NCBI GenBank assembly: GCA_016787045.1
Contig: JAEUVA010000008.1
Coordinates: 113,743 to 177,742, forward strand
Length of the DNA stretch: 64,000 nucleotides
Direction of reading: 5' to 3'
Source of the DNA: Chitinophagales bacterium
Lineage (GTDB): Bacteria; Bacteroidota; Bacteroidia; Chitinophagales; LD1
Part shown: piece by piece, positions 29,401 through 38,191 of the stretch
Layout of the letters: every line of letters begins with the position of its first letter
Position numbering within the stretch: position 1 is the stretch's first letter
Position numbers and translations under genes: made by a program
Notes under the pieces: model-generated
Database searches by the model: none
The model's input: the letters and a program-made list of their open reading frames with translations, nothing else
What the model was told of the DNA's origin: nothing

Positions 29401-31104
29401 GTTACAGAACCTCTTCAGCTAAGTGTAACTTCCGCAGCACAAGATGTGCAATGTTTTGGCGGTACTGATGGTAGTATTACATTAACAGTTAGTGGTGGCA
29501 CCACTAACTACAATTATACTTGGAGCCCTAATGTAAGCACATCTAACTCTGCTTCTTCGCTGAATGCAGGTCAATATGACTATACGGTAACTGATGCAAA
29601 TAATTGTACCGTAATAGGCAGCAATACGCTCACTACCCCAGCCAGTGCAGTAGCCGTTGCTCCTACACAAACAGACCTTACTTGCTATCAGGTTCCAACA
29701 GGCACTGCAATGGTAAATGCTTCGGGTGGAACAGGAGCATTCAGTTACGTTTGGAGCCCTAACGTAAGCACTACTGATAACGCAAGTTCTTTATTAGCCG
29801 GCATCTATAATGTTACCGCTAGTGATGCTAATAATTGCAGCATTACTACATCATTTACAATTACAGAACCCACACAATTAACACTCACAGAATCGCACAC
29901 AAATAACCTTTGCTTTGGCGATGCTAATGGTACAATTGATGTTACAGCCAATGGCGGTACAGGCACCTACAACTACCAGTGGACTCCTAATGTAAGTACT
30001 GGTACTTCTGCTAGTTTACTTTCTGCAAACACCTATAGCATATCTGTGCAAGATGCCAACAATTGCGTGGCCAGTGTATCTGTGGTGATTACCTCTCCCG
30101 CACAGATTAACCTGAATGCTACTGCCACAAATGCCATCTGCTTTGGAGAATCTAATGGAACCATTACCGCGAATGCAGCAGGTGGCACTACACCTTATAG
30201 CTACGGTGCAAGCCCTGATGGGGTTAACTTCCAGACTTCACTTACCGGACAATTCAACAATCTTGCTGCAGGAAATTATACTGTTGTAGTTGCCGATGCT
30301 AACCTTTGCTCAGCAACTACTAATGTAGTAATTTCAGAACCTACAGTATTGGCAGCCAATTCGCTAACAACAGACGTTAGTTGTTTTGGATACACAGATG
30401 GCACAATCAATACTTCTGCCAACGGTGGTACTCCTTCTTATACTTACTCTATATCAGGAGGTTCATCTAATAACACTGGTACATTCACTTCACTAAGCCC
30501 GGGCAACTATACCGTACTGATTACCGATGCCAACGGTTGTACAACAAGCAATACTGCAATAGTTAATGAGCCACTGCAAGTGTTGCTTAGCGTTACGCCA
30601 GATTCTATCGTTACCGATATTGGCAATTCTATACAGATTAACACAACTACCAATCAACCCGGCACAGTAACATACAACTGGCAACCACCTACAGGTTTAA
30701 GTTGCTATGATTGTGCATCACCTGTATTCAGTTCAAACTATTCCACTGTTTATACCGTTACAATTACAAACTCCAACGGATGTAGCAATAGTGCGCAGAT
30801 TACAGCGGTTGTAGTACCAAATTACACGGTGTTTATTCCAAACAGTTTTACCCCCAATGCAGATGGAGCCAACGATGTATGGCAAATTTTTGGAAACATA
30901 CCGGGGCTAAAGCAAATGAATGTGATGGTGTTTAATCGGATAGGTGAGAAAGTATTTGAAAGCAACGATATCAACTTTGGATGGGACGGAAACTACAAAG
31001 GAGCACCCTCACCAAACGGAGTTTATACTTACGTGGCCAGTTTTGTTTGGCTAAATAACCACAGCGATAGTAACTACAAAGGAAGTGTTACCTTAATCAG
31101 ATAG
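26431..31104 (+). CDS. T9SS type B sorting-domain protein: thrombospondin-C-like lectin domain + PKD + 14 SprB repeats + gliding-motility C-terminal domain
   Basis: 1557 aa with signal peptide. Residues about 21-216 carry NWVV..G....HQTVNGDP...SGTF....DDDFMGFVF...W...GRFGFYNLSQRDCYYSNFQYE. PKD-like WNFGDGS...YTTPGNYTVTL. Fourteen C.G...G.I.....GG..PY.Y.W repeats. C-terminal FIPNSFTPNADGANDVW...GVYTYV. Confidence 0.9.
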   Translation: MKKILLAACILIVAIVAKSQCVTNVNFNPWIKVGNPGNGNWVVQGGGTSVHQTVNGDPTFFVTPFDMMNVHISGTFRSTDTDDDFMGFVFSFLNPMGATDTFDCWLYDWKQDNQGGASKGMSLNRCLGVLPPSTYTPQFWNHQNNAAFTCVQNNFGSAGWGWMTNHDFDLYLSYSNATIYIDGNLIFDQNDCFKPGRFGFYNLSQRDCYYSNFQYELFIDFEYSPRACLGQSSPFNFVPACVTNFLPQYQSMTWNFGDGSPPVTVNNPTLATVNTQHTYTTPGNYTVTLSVVDYNGCTATASHAVQVAAPITLAPTYNQPPCNGGTNGSITVAPSGGFGNYSYLWNGGPLIGPTLVGVGAGTYVVSVTDGTCNTTAQYTLNQPPPLTATTSHIDAPCAGNGSATIAITGGTPPYNNVTWAGFPGYTVSLPAGTWIANFNDANGCSALLQYTETITQLPCGITSSVTKTNVTCFGVNNGTATLTVTGVTGTANITWSNGQTGATATNLAPGTYTYNFSDANPGHAFSGTVTITGPTAGMVVTLSTIGITCAGANNGQAIASVSSGGTPPYTYAWSGGGPNNPVKTGLAPGPVTVTVTDNNGCIGTATGTVSAIPSLTATLTAVMDSCYHSGKGSVTATVTGGSQPYTYAWNNFTTQAINANVIGGTYTVTVTDNNGCSTTGTATVNTPTVLGYTYTRQDVLCHGQSTGSLNFNVTGGTAPYNFVWTPATVSGSNPTGLDTGIYNATITDAYGCVRFFEDTIYQPAAPLNATTSHTDVTCPGASNGTITITVSGGTDPYTILGNNIPTAGTIVIPNLPANTYAGNLVDSNGCTVALSETITEPAAQSLSLTSTNVTCNGYNDGTATANFVNATGTVQYNWAPGGILPANRTGLSAATYSVTGTDANGCTVTGSTTITEPTAISVQQAIVPVSCFGGNDGSITLTSSGGAGTPFGYTWNPNVSSSNSATSLTANTYSITVTDAANCSVLSTATVTEPLQLSVTSAAQDVQCFGGTDGSITLTVSGGTTNYNYTWSPNVSTSNSASSLNAGQYDYTVTDANNCTVIGSNTLTTPASAVAVAPTQTDLTCYQVPTGTAMVNASGGTGAFSYVWSPNVSTTDNASSLLAGIYNVTASDANNCSITTSFTITEPTQLTLTESHTNNLCFGDANGTIDVTANGGTGTYNYQWTPNVSTGTSASLLSANTYSISVQDANNCVASVSVVITSPAQINLNATATNAICFGESNGTITANAAGGTTPYSYGASPDGVNFQTSLTGQFNNLAAGNYTVVVADANLCSATTNVVISEPTVLAANSLTTDVSCFGYTDGTINTSANGGTPSYTYSISGGSSNNTGTFTSLSPGNYTVLITDANGCTTSNTAIVNEPLQVLLSVTPDSIVTDIGNSIQINTTTNQPGTVTYNWQPPTGLSCYDCASPVFSSNYSTVYTVTITNSNGCSNSAQITAVVVPNYTVFIPNSFTPNADGANDVWQIFGNIPGLKQMNVMVFNRIGEKVFESNDINFGWDGNYKGAPSPNGVYTYVASFVWLNNHSDSNYKGSVTLIR

Positions 31105-31124
31105 CAATTTCAGATTATATTTTG

Positions 31125-32465
31125 CTAAACAACTTCAAGTTTTCTGAACTTAAAGTACATCAGCGATAAGCTAAACATGGCTATCCAGTATAACCATTCG
31201 GCTGTCCAAACCCACCAGATGTTTGCCCATGGTTGGTTGAGTATGAACATAAAGTAGGTGATGTAAAGAATCACAACGATTACTTCAATTCCAAGCGCGA
31301 CAAAAATATCGCCTACGCTGATCACTCCATTAAATATGATGTTGCTAAAACTCATCAACAAAAAAACCAAAAAGATAACCGGCAGAGCAGATTTTGCCAT
31401 TGGTAGAATATCGGCACTATCAAACTGATTGATAAAAATACCTATGCAAAAATCAGGAAGTAGAAATATAACAAAACAAGAAAAAAGTGCAAAACCAAAA
31501 CTCACTAAACTAATTCTGCGAATGGCTAGTTTTACCCCGGCTATGTCTTTTTGCCCCATTAAGTTACTCACCAATGTGTTGGCAGTGGAACCTAAACTCC
31601 ATGTGGGTATCGTAAAAAACAAGATAAGTTGGCGGTAGATGGTAGAAACCGCTAATGGGTCTGGCCCTAGTACAACTTCTATTTTAGCAAAAAACAACAA
31701 CCATCCACCTACCGCAAAAAGTGCCTGTAACATTAATGGCACAGAAACGCGCAACATTTGAAATTGTAACTTCCAATCAAACTTCAAGAACTTAAAAAGC
31801 GAAAAATCATTTCTTCTGTTTTTGATAAATGTACCTGCAAAAAGTACGGCTACAGCTACAGTTTCAGATATAGAAGTAGCCATACCAGAACCACCAATAC
31901 CTATTTCCGGCAAACCAAGTTTACCGTAAACCAAACCGTAGTTAAGTGTAATGTTAAGTACTGTCATAATAGCAACAGAAGTGGCTAATATTTCTGTTTT
32001 GCCAATACCACTGTAAAACGCAATAAAAATGAAGGTGATAAAACTGGGCACCAAGCCCCAAATACGGTAATTCAGAAACTCTTCGCACTTGGCTATAATT
32101 TCGGGGGTGTGGAGCATGTAGCTAAGTATTTCATTCGAAAAAACTCTGATAAACACAAAAAGCATCAGTGAAACCAAGGTGAGAGATATGAGGGTATTAT
32201 CAAATATATTACCTACTTGTTTTCGATTTAGTTCACCCATACTGCGGGCTATGAGTATTTGAGTGCCACGGGTAAAACTAAAGCCCATCATAAAAAGCAC
32301 AGAATAAAACACACTGGCAAAACCTATGGCATCTAACTCAACTTTACCAAGATTACCCACAAACACAGTATCAAAAAGTCCATTACAAGTCCACGCAAGG
32401 TTGCCAAGTATCAGTGGTAAACTGATGCGAAAAATCTCTTTGTATGATGCGTTTAACTGTGCCAT
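31125..32465 (-). CDS. MATE family efflux transporter
   Basis: 446 aa, 12 predicted TM, N-terminal ...YKEIFRISLPLILGNLAW... typical of MATE/NorM-like proteins. Confidence 0.9.
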   Translation of the reverse strand: MAQLNASYKEIFRISLPLILGNLAWTCNGLFDTVFVGNLGKVELDAIGFASVFYSVLFMMGFSFTRGTQILIARSMGELNRKQVGNIFDNTLISLTLVSLMLFVFIRVFSNEILSYMLHTPEIIAKCEEFLNYRIWGLVPSFITFIFIAFYSGIGKTEILATSVAIMTVLNITLNYGLVYGKLGLPEIGIGGSGMATSISETVAVAVLFAGTFIKNRRNDFSLFKFLKFDWKLQFQMLRVSVPLMLQALFAVGGWLLFFAKIEVVLGPDPLAVSTIYRQLILFFTIPTWSLGSTANTLVSNLMGQKDIAGVKLAIRRISLVSFGFALFSCFVIFLLPDFCIGIFINQFDSADILPMAKSALPVIFLVFLLMSFSNIIFNGVISVGDIFVALGIEVIVVILYITYFMFILNQPWANIWWVWTAEWLYWIAMFSLSLMYFKFRKLEVV

Positions 32466-32482
32466 TAACTAATAAAAAATAA

Positions 32483-32917
32483 TCAAATTACTGCCATTGT
32501 TGATGAACCCTTTGCCACTGTTATCTCCTCGCCTGCTTCGTTGATGTAATACAACTCGCCTTCGCAAAAATGAAACCGCTTGCCGGGTTTATCTACCCAA
32601 CCCCTTGCATAAAATTTTTGAGCAATGCCCGGGTTGTAGTAGGATACGCGCGCATCTACTGTAAAAACCTGTTGCCCATCATTCACTAACGAATAGGCAG
32701 CAAAACCTTCTACCATATCTAGTATAGCAGCAGTTATACCGCCATGCAACCATCCGTTTTGCTGTTCGTGTATTTTAGCAAAATCCAAAAAACCTGCTGT
32801 ATAGCCGGGCTGTATTTCATTAATTACAAAGCCCAGCGAGCGCATAAACTCGTTGAGTGAAATCTTGTATTCTGTGTATTCTTTATACTTCGGATTTCTC
32901 GGCTCGTACATTTTCAT
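32483..32917 (-). CDS. PaaI family (hotdog-fold) thioesterase
   Basis: NGWLHGGITAAILDMVEG motif. Start moved to ATG 32917 (MKMYEPRNPKY); the longer ORF-track start would overlap the divergent gene. Confidence 0.8.
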   Translation of the reverse strand: MKMYEPRNPKYKEYTEYKISLNEFMRSLGFVINEIQPGYTAGFLDFAKIHEQQNGWLHGGITAAILDMVEGFAAYSLVNDGQQVFTVDARVSYYNPGIAQKFYARGWVDKPGKRFHFCEGELYYINEAGEEITVAKGSSTMAVI

Positions 32918-32978
32918 GTTGCCAAACATAAACCAACAGCACCAAAACACAACCCATATCAAAGATTATATTCGCGGC

Positions 32979-33800
32979 ATGACGGGTGCACAACTCAAAA
33001 ACTCTTTTACTTCTGTGGGCGAAGTAGATGCTTCTGTTCTGCCATCTACACTTACTTTGCATATCACTGCAAATTTTCAGCAGTTGGCATACTTTATACT
33101 TTCTAACGTACACCGCCAAGTTATTTTTTTCGGAAAATATGCCTTACACCATATCAAAACAGAAGTGGATTTGTGTGAGACTATACGTAGCATCAAACAG
33201 AAAGATGAGTTGCTAAATCTCAAATTCGGCAGTGTAGTTTTTGCATCGGATAATAATTACGAACTGGTGCCCGATGAGTTTTTGTTTTTAACCAATCCAT
33301 TGAATTCAGATATCGAATCATTATCCACGTTACAACTTTCGGTGGTAAGTCGCAAAAGTGAATTGCTCCAGAAAACTGCGTTTGAGTTGTTTAGTAACTG
33401 CCATTGGAAACACATGAACATTTCACTGCTAAAAAAGTTGGTAGCGTATATGGATGACACCACCGACAAACTATTTGTACAAGTGGGTAACGATTACTTA
33501 GATGTGCTGTGTTTTGATGAACAAAAACAAATTCAGTTGATGAACCGTTTTAGTTTTCAAGCAGCTAACGATTTCATCTACTACTTGCTTTTGTGTGCCA
33601 ATGACTTAAAGATTGACCGGAATAAAACTGAGTTAGTGTTAATAGGCGAAGTGGACATACAATCAAAAATATACGACTTGTGTTACCGATACTTCCTTAA
33701 TATTTCTTTCATTCAAAAACCGGAAAACATTCATTTTTCAAAGGCGTTTGATTTGTTTCCAAAACATCTGCACTACGCGCTTTACAATTTTGCTTTATGA
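32979..33800 (+). CDS. DUF3822-like hypothetical protein
   Basis: Sits immediately upstream of and overlapping (ATGA) rsmD, the usual context of DUF3822 in Bacteroidota (from memory). Start chosen at ATG 32979. Confidence 0.6.
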   Translation: MTGAQLKNSFTSVGEVDASVLPSTLTLHITANFQQLAYFILSNVHRQVIFFGKYALHHIKTEVDLCETIRSIKQKDELLNLKFGSVVFASDNNYELVPDEFLFLTNPLNSDIESLSTLQLSVVSRKSELLQKTAFELFSNCHWKHMNISLLKKLVAYMDDTTDKLFVQVGNDYLDVLCFDEQKQIQLMNRFSFQAANDFIYYLLLCANDLKIDRNKTELVLIGEVDIQSKIYDLCYRYFLNISFIQKPENIHFSKAFDLFPKHLHYALYNFAL

Positions 33801-34339
33801 GAATTATTGGAGGAAAACTAAAAGGGCTGCGCTTTGAACCACCTAAAAATATTCCCACTCGCCCTACTACTGACTTTGCTAAAGAGGGCTTGTTCAACAC
33901 TTTAAACAACTCTTACAACTTTGAAAACATAAAGGTACTAGACCTTTTTGGTGGCACGGGCAGTATCTCCTATGAGTTTGCATCAAGAGGATGTAACGAT
34001 ATAACCACAGTAGAAATATTTGCACGTTGTGCTACATTTATCAAACAAACAGCTGTACAACAAAAGCTAACAGGAATCAAGGTACTGCAAATGGATGTGT
34101 TTGATTTCATAAAAACATCTCCCGAAAAATTTGATGTAATTTTTGCCGGACCGCCTTACCCGTTGCCTAACCTCAACACTATACCAGACCTGATATTTGA
34201 AAACAACTTAGTAGATGGCGAAGGGTGGTTTATATTAGAACACAACCCCAACCATAACTTTGAACAGCACCCGCATTTTTACAAAAGCAAAAATTACGGC
34301 ACTACTATATTCTCTATTTTCACAAACGCATCGCGGTAG
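33797..34339 (+). CDS. rsmD: 16S rRNA (guanine(966)-N(2))-methyltransferase RsmD
   Basis: 180 aa. MRIIGGKLKGLRF..P....RPTTD..KE.LFN and DLFGGTG...FAGPPY motifs. Confidence 0.85.
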   Translation: MRIIGGKLKGLRFEPPKNIPTRPTTDFAKEGLFNTLNNSYNFENIKVLDLFGGTGSISYEFASRGCNDITTVEIFARCATFIKQTAVQQKLTGIKVLQMDVFDFIKTSPEKFDVIFAGPPYPLPNLNTIPDLIFENNLVDGEGWFILEHNPNHNFEQHPHFYKSKNYGTTIFSIFTNASR

Positions 34340-34342
34340 TTG

Positions 34343-36730
34343 TTACCACTTTAGCACCTTTGTATAAGCAAGAATTTGACCGGCCTGTAGTAATTGTACA
34401 TAGTACACGCCATTGCTGAAATGAGAAGGCATTTCAAATACCTGATGCGTAGAGGTTACTTGCTGTTCAAACATTTTTTGGCCATAGGTATTTGACAGCA
34501 AAACCGTGGCGTTAACCGGTGCATCTTTAACATTCAACACCCAGTTAGTTTGAAAAGGGTTAGGTATGGTTGCTAAAGTTGGCTTTAGCATCAAGTCATT
34601 TTCTAACCCGATAATGGTATCTGTATCAGCAGTATCTGTTACTGTAAAAACATCTAAACCTGCCTCTACTAAGTGACCCGGATTATTATCCATCGCAATA
34701 AACTCTATGCGCATGTTTTGAGTAGGCGTAATAAAATCTTTTACCCTTATCTTTGAGAAAGTCCATTGGCTCATAGCAGAAGCAGCCGTTTTTTTATCAA
34801 TGGTAACCGTATCAATTCCGTTACTAAGCCGAACTACTAAAGAGTCGTTTGGGGCTGTACCTTGTCCGCCACCATTGTAAAACCAACTATAGTAACTAAT
34901 GCTTGGGTTAGTATATGCCTGCAAATTGAAAAGTGGGGAACGTAAAATAGTGTTGCCATCATCCACATCATCCTCACCGGCCTGGCCTCCACCGTTACCG
35001 GTTACAAAACACTTTACACCAAAATCGCTACTAATATCTACCCCCGGATTAGATGGTGTTCCCTGCAAATCGGTACCAACCGGCTTACCACGCTCCCAAC
35101 TACCTTTGCTTGCAGTGCTACTCACTGTCCAACCATAATCCATCACAAAATCATCATAGTATCCATTTGCAATGGTAAAGGTTATGGTGTCTGAAATAGC
35201 CGTAATACTTCTTGAAACTTTAGCCGTAATCTTTCCCCATCTTCCGGCATAAAACGTGTAACTACCCTGCACAAAATCACAAAATTTATGTTCGGCATTA
35301 AGGTCTGTAGCAAACTCATCTACATCGTTACCTGCACTATCTGTTACCAATACTTTTACAAACGGCAACGGCAAGCCAAATGTATCTAACGTACGTACCA
35401 CCAAATTGGTGGTGGCAACTGGTATGAGTTTAGTGTTAATAGTAGTAAGCTGACCGTTTATGAGTTGTACACCGTTAACAACCTTAGTAGCATAACCCTG
35501 CTTAGAAAACCGAATGGTGTAGGTACCGGTATCTGGTGTACCAAAACTGTATTTGCCCAAAAAATTGGTATAGTCTATTGTGGTGTCTTCTACAATTTCA
35601 ACCAACACGTTATTCAAAAGTGTATTACAAACAGAGTCGCGAACGGTTCCCTCTAAATAGCAGGCACGCTTGTAAGTGGGTTTTACTATCCAAAGGCCGG
35701 TTTCTATGTCTGAAATAATAATGTTACCCGAAGGAAGATAAGGCCACACTCCCCAGGCACCATTAAATCCATCGCCACTAAAGTTGGGCGAGGAATCAAA
35801 GCTGCCCACTTCTACTAAATTGTTTTTGCGTGTAACATCATGTATTGTAATGCCATACGTGTAGTAAGAGGTAACGCAGTAATCGTTTAAATAATAGGTA
35901 TTGTGAATGATGGTATTGCTGCCGGGTTCTATTTGTGTGCGATCAGTCTCAGTAACATTACTCAAATCAGAAATATCATAGCATGTTAGATAAGAGGCCG
36001 GTTTTTCATCTGTTGTAAATATGTATTTACCATCATCGCTCAGCCAGCAGTTATGCGAAAAATTTTGTGGCGTGTTCCACTGCGCCAACACCTTTGAAGT
36101 ACTATTGGTTTGTGCTTTGTTGGCTACATCAATAGCAATTACAAAACCATCATTAATGCAAGCAGCCCAAAGAGTATCGTTGCGGGCAAAGCAATCGTGC
36201 ACGTAAAAATTTTCATACTTACCCAACAATGGAGGATTCCAACCATTGGCAGCGCAATCTAAAAAGAGCAGTCCTTTGTTAGTTCCGTTTACATAAGCCA
36301 CACCCTTTTCATCAATAAAAATGGTGTGGCTCTTGGTCATACCATCCGGATTAATTTGATGACTCTTTATGCTATCGGGCAAATGGCGTAAATCTACTAC
36401 TACCAAGCCGCTGGTTTCTTCGGTGGTTACATACGCAAACCCGTTGTACTCCCGCACTTCGCGCCAAAAACCTCCCTGACCGGTAGCACCGGGCACTGTA
36501 AATTTCTGGACCGGTGAAGCTGGGTTAGAAACATCTACTATAGACAACCCCTGCGATGTACCTACCAGCGCATATTCATTGCCAGCACTATCTACATAGC
36601 CCGTGAGGTTGCTGCATGATACATTGCCGGGATATTGCAAGTGGCCGAGAAGTTGAATGTTTTTTTGAGCAGATAGCTGATGACAATTAATAAGTGTTGC
36701 TACAGCAATTACAAGAGATATGTTTTTCAT
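34343..36730 (-). CDS. T9SS type A sorting-domain protein with LVIVD/choice-of-anchor-B-like beta-propeller, CarboxypepD_reg-like and MAM-like regions
   Basis: 795 aa with signal peptide. LSIVDVSNPASP / LVVVDLRHLP repeats. EGTVRDSVCNTLLNNVLVEIV region. C-terminal IPNPFQTNWVLNV...NGVYYVQLL...KVLKW is Por_Secre_tail-like. Confidence 0.8.
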   Translation of the reverse strand: MKNISLVIAVATLINCHQLSAQKNIQLLGHLQYPGNVSCSNLTGYVDSAGNEYALVGTSQGLSIVDVSNPASPVQKFTVPGATGQGGFWREVREYNGFAYVTTEETSGLVVVDLRHLPDSIKSHQINPDGMTKSHTIFIDEKGVAYVNGTNKGLLFLDCAANGWNPPLLGKYENFYVHDCFARNDTLWAACINDGFVIAIDVANKAQTNSTSKVLAQWNTPQNFSHNCWLSDDGKYIFTTDEKPASYLTCYDISDLSNVTETDRTQIEPGSNTIIHNTYYLNDYCVTSYYTYGITIHDVTRKNNLVEVGSFDSSPNFSGDGFNGAWGVWPYLPSGNIIISDIETGLWIVKPTYKRACYLEGTVRDSVCNTLLNNVLVEIVEDTTIDYTNFLGKYSFGTPDTGTYTIRFSKQGYATKVVNGVQLINGQLTTINTKLIPVATTNLVVRTLDTFGLPLPFVKVLVTDSAGNDVDEFATDLNAEHKFCDFVQGSYTFYAGRWGKITAKVSRSITAISDTITFTIANGYYDDFVMDYGWTVSSTASKGSWERGKPVGTDLQGTPSNPGVDISSDFGVKCFVTGNGGGQAGEDDVDDGNTILRSPLFNLQAYTNPSISYYSWFYNGGGQGTAPNDSLVVRLSNGIDTVTIDKKTAASAMSQWTFSKIRVKDFITPTQNMRIEFIAMDNNPGHLVEAGLDVFTVTDTADTDTIIGLENDLMLKPTLATIPNPFQTNWVLNVKDAPVNATVLLSNTYGQKMFEQQVTSTHQVFEMPSHFSNGVYYVQLLQAGQILAYTKVLKW

Positions 36731-36871
36731 ATTGTGCTAAAACAAGTATTCGTTGAATTGGTTGATGAGTGAGCGAAAGTAGAAATACAAACCACATTCA
36801 TACTGTCAGAATTAACCCTGATGTTGTATAGCATTTGTATTATTATTGATGACAATTCGTGAGATAAAGAA

Positions 36872-37915
36872 ATGAATACAACCAAAACTGTGGGAGTGGT
36901 AGGTGCCGGAAGTTTTGGCACCGCTATAGCAAATCTCTTAGCCGAAAATCAACGGGTACTTTTGTACGAACGTAAACCTGAAGTGGTAGAAGAATGGAAA
37001 CGAACGCGACAGGCAAAAGGATATGCACTACACATTAACATTGAACCCACCAACAGCAAAGAGCAATTGGCCAATGAATGTTATCTGATTTTTCCGGTGA
37101 TTCCATCACAGCATTTTAAGGACATGATTATTGAATTTTCGCCCTACCTGCGCCCTGATCACCTGATGATACATGCTAGTAAGGGATTGCACTGCGATTT
37201 TGATCTTAACACTGCTCGTGCCGAAGATATTCGGTTGAAAGACATCAAAACCATGAGTGAGTTAATTCTAGAGCAAACCGGAATAGTACGGGTTGGCTCT
37301 TTAGCGGGGCCAAATCTTGCGGCAGAAATTCAAGATAAGCAACCAGCAGCCACAGTAATTGCCAGCCGGTTTGACGAAGTGATTCGTGAAGGGCAAGAAG
37401 CACTGCGCAGTGATAGGTTTCAGGTGTATGGCAGCCGCGATTTGTTGGGAATAGAGTTAACCGGAGTTTTGAAAAACTATGTAGCACTGGCAGCCGGTGC
37501 TTTAAGTGGTTTGGGGTACGGAGAAAACGCCCGCGCAATGCTTATCACCCGAGGGATGGCCGAAATGATTTATATCGGCAAATCGCTTGGTGCAGATAAA
37601 AAGGCATTTTTAGGAATGGCCGGCATTGGCGATTTGATAGCTACCTGCTCATCGCCAAAATCGCGAAACTTTACAGTAGGTTACCGTATTGCTAAAGGCG
37701 AAAAATTAGAAGACATATTAGCCAGCTTAGGCGAAGTGGCCGAAGGTGTACGCACCGTAAAAATTGGTAAACTGATTGTGGAGCATACCGGTGCCAATGC
37801 CCCTATATTGCAAACTATTTACAAAGTATTGTTTGATGGCATGAGTATGGAAACTGCTATAAAACTACTCATGCGCTCATACGTAAGTGCTGATGCAGAA
37901 TATTTAGATTTGTAA
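36872..37915 (+). CDS. gpsA: NAD(P)H-dependent glycerol-3-phosphate dehydrogenase
   Basis: 347 aa. N-terminal VGVVGAGSFGTAIA Rossmann motif, GPNLAAEI, and C-terminal GpsA-like region. Confidence 0.85.
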   Translation: MNTTKTVGVVGAGSFGTAIANLLAENQRVLLYERKPEVVEEWKRTRQAKGYALHINIEPTNSKEQLANECYLIFPVIPSQHFKDMIIEFSPYLRPDHLMIHASKGLHCDFDLNTARAEDIRLKDIKTMSELILEQTGIVRVGSLAGPNLAAEIQDKQPAATVIASRFDEVIREGQEALRSDRFQVYGSRDLLGIELTGVLKNYVALAAGALSGLGYGENARAMLITRGMAEMIYIGKSLGADKKAFLGMAGIGDLIATCSSPKSRNFTVGYRIAKGEKLEDILASLGEVAEGVRTVKIGKLIVEHTGANAPILQTIYKVLFDGMSMETAIKLLMRSYVSADAEYLDL

Positions 37916-37960
37916 AAACCCATTCTGTGCTTATGCATTCGGAATGTTTAAGCAACATGC

Positions 37961-37989
37961 AAAAAAAACGGCTCGCGTTGGCAAGCCGT
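37961..37989 (-). terminator. Rho-independent terminator (copy 1) after tRNA-like element A
   Basis: Minus strand: CGGCTTGC-CAAC-GCGAGCCG stem-loop followed by T8. Identical to copy 2. Confidence 0.6.
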
Positions 37990-37992
37990 ATG

Positions 37993-38065
37993 TGCACCCG
38001 AAGGGAGTCGAACCCCTAACCTTCCCGACCAAAGTCGGGATGCTCAACCCAGCTAAGTTAAAGGC
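37993..38065 (-). pseudogene. tRNA-like element A: diverged 5' part + 18-nt anticodon-less hairpin + T arm/3' acceptor identical to tRNA-Arg
   Basis: The 3' 30 nt plus terminator are identical to the tRNA-Arg gene (62/62 over 37961-38022 vs 38066-38127). The acceptor strands do not pair properly. The anticodon arm is replaced by TCCCGAC-TTTG-GTCGGGA. Confidence 0.5.
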
Positions 38066-38094
38066 AAAAAAAACGGCTCGCGTTGGCAAGCCGT
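38066..38094 (-). terminator. Rho-independent terminator (copy 2) after tRNA-Arg
   Basis: Minus strand: 8-bp stem, CAAC tetraloop, then T8, immediately 3' of the tRNA. Confidence 0.7.
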
Positions 38095-38097
38095 ATG

Positions 38098-38171
38098 TGC
38101 ACCCGAAGGGAGTCGAACCCCTAACCTCTTGATCCGTAGTCAAGTGCTCTATCCAGTTAAGCTACGGGTGC
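38098..38171 (-). tRNA. tRNA-Arg (anticodon ACG)
   Basis: Hand-folded 74-nt cloverleaf: GCACCCG/CGGGTGC acceptor, GCTT-AACTGGATA-GAGC D arm, CTTGA-CTACGGA-TCAAG anticodon arm, AGGGG-TTCGACT-CCCTT T arm. CCA not encoded. Confidence 0.9.
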
Positions 38172-38191
38172 TTATACCTTTTTATCCGTCC

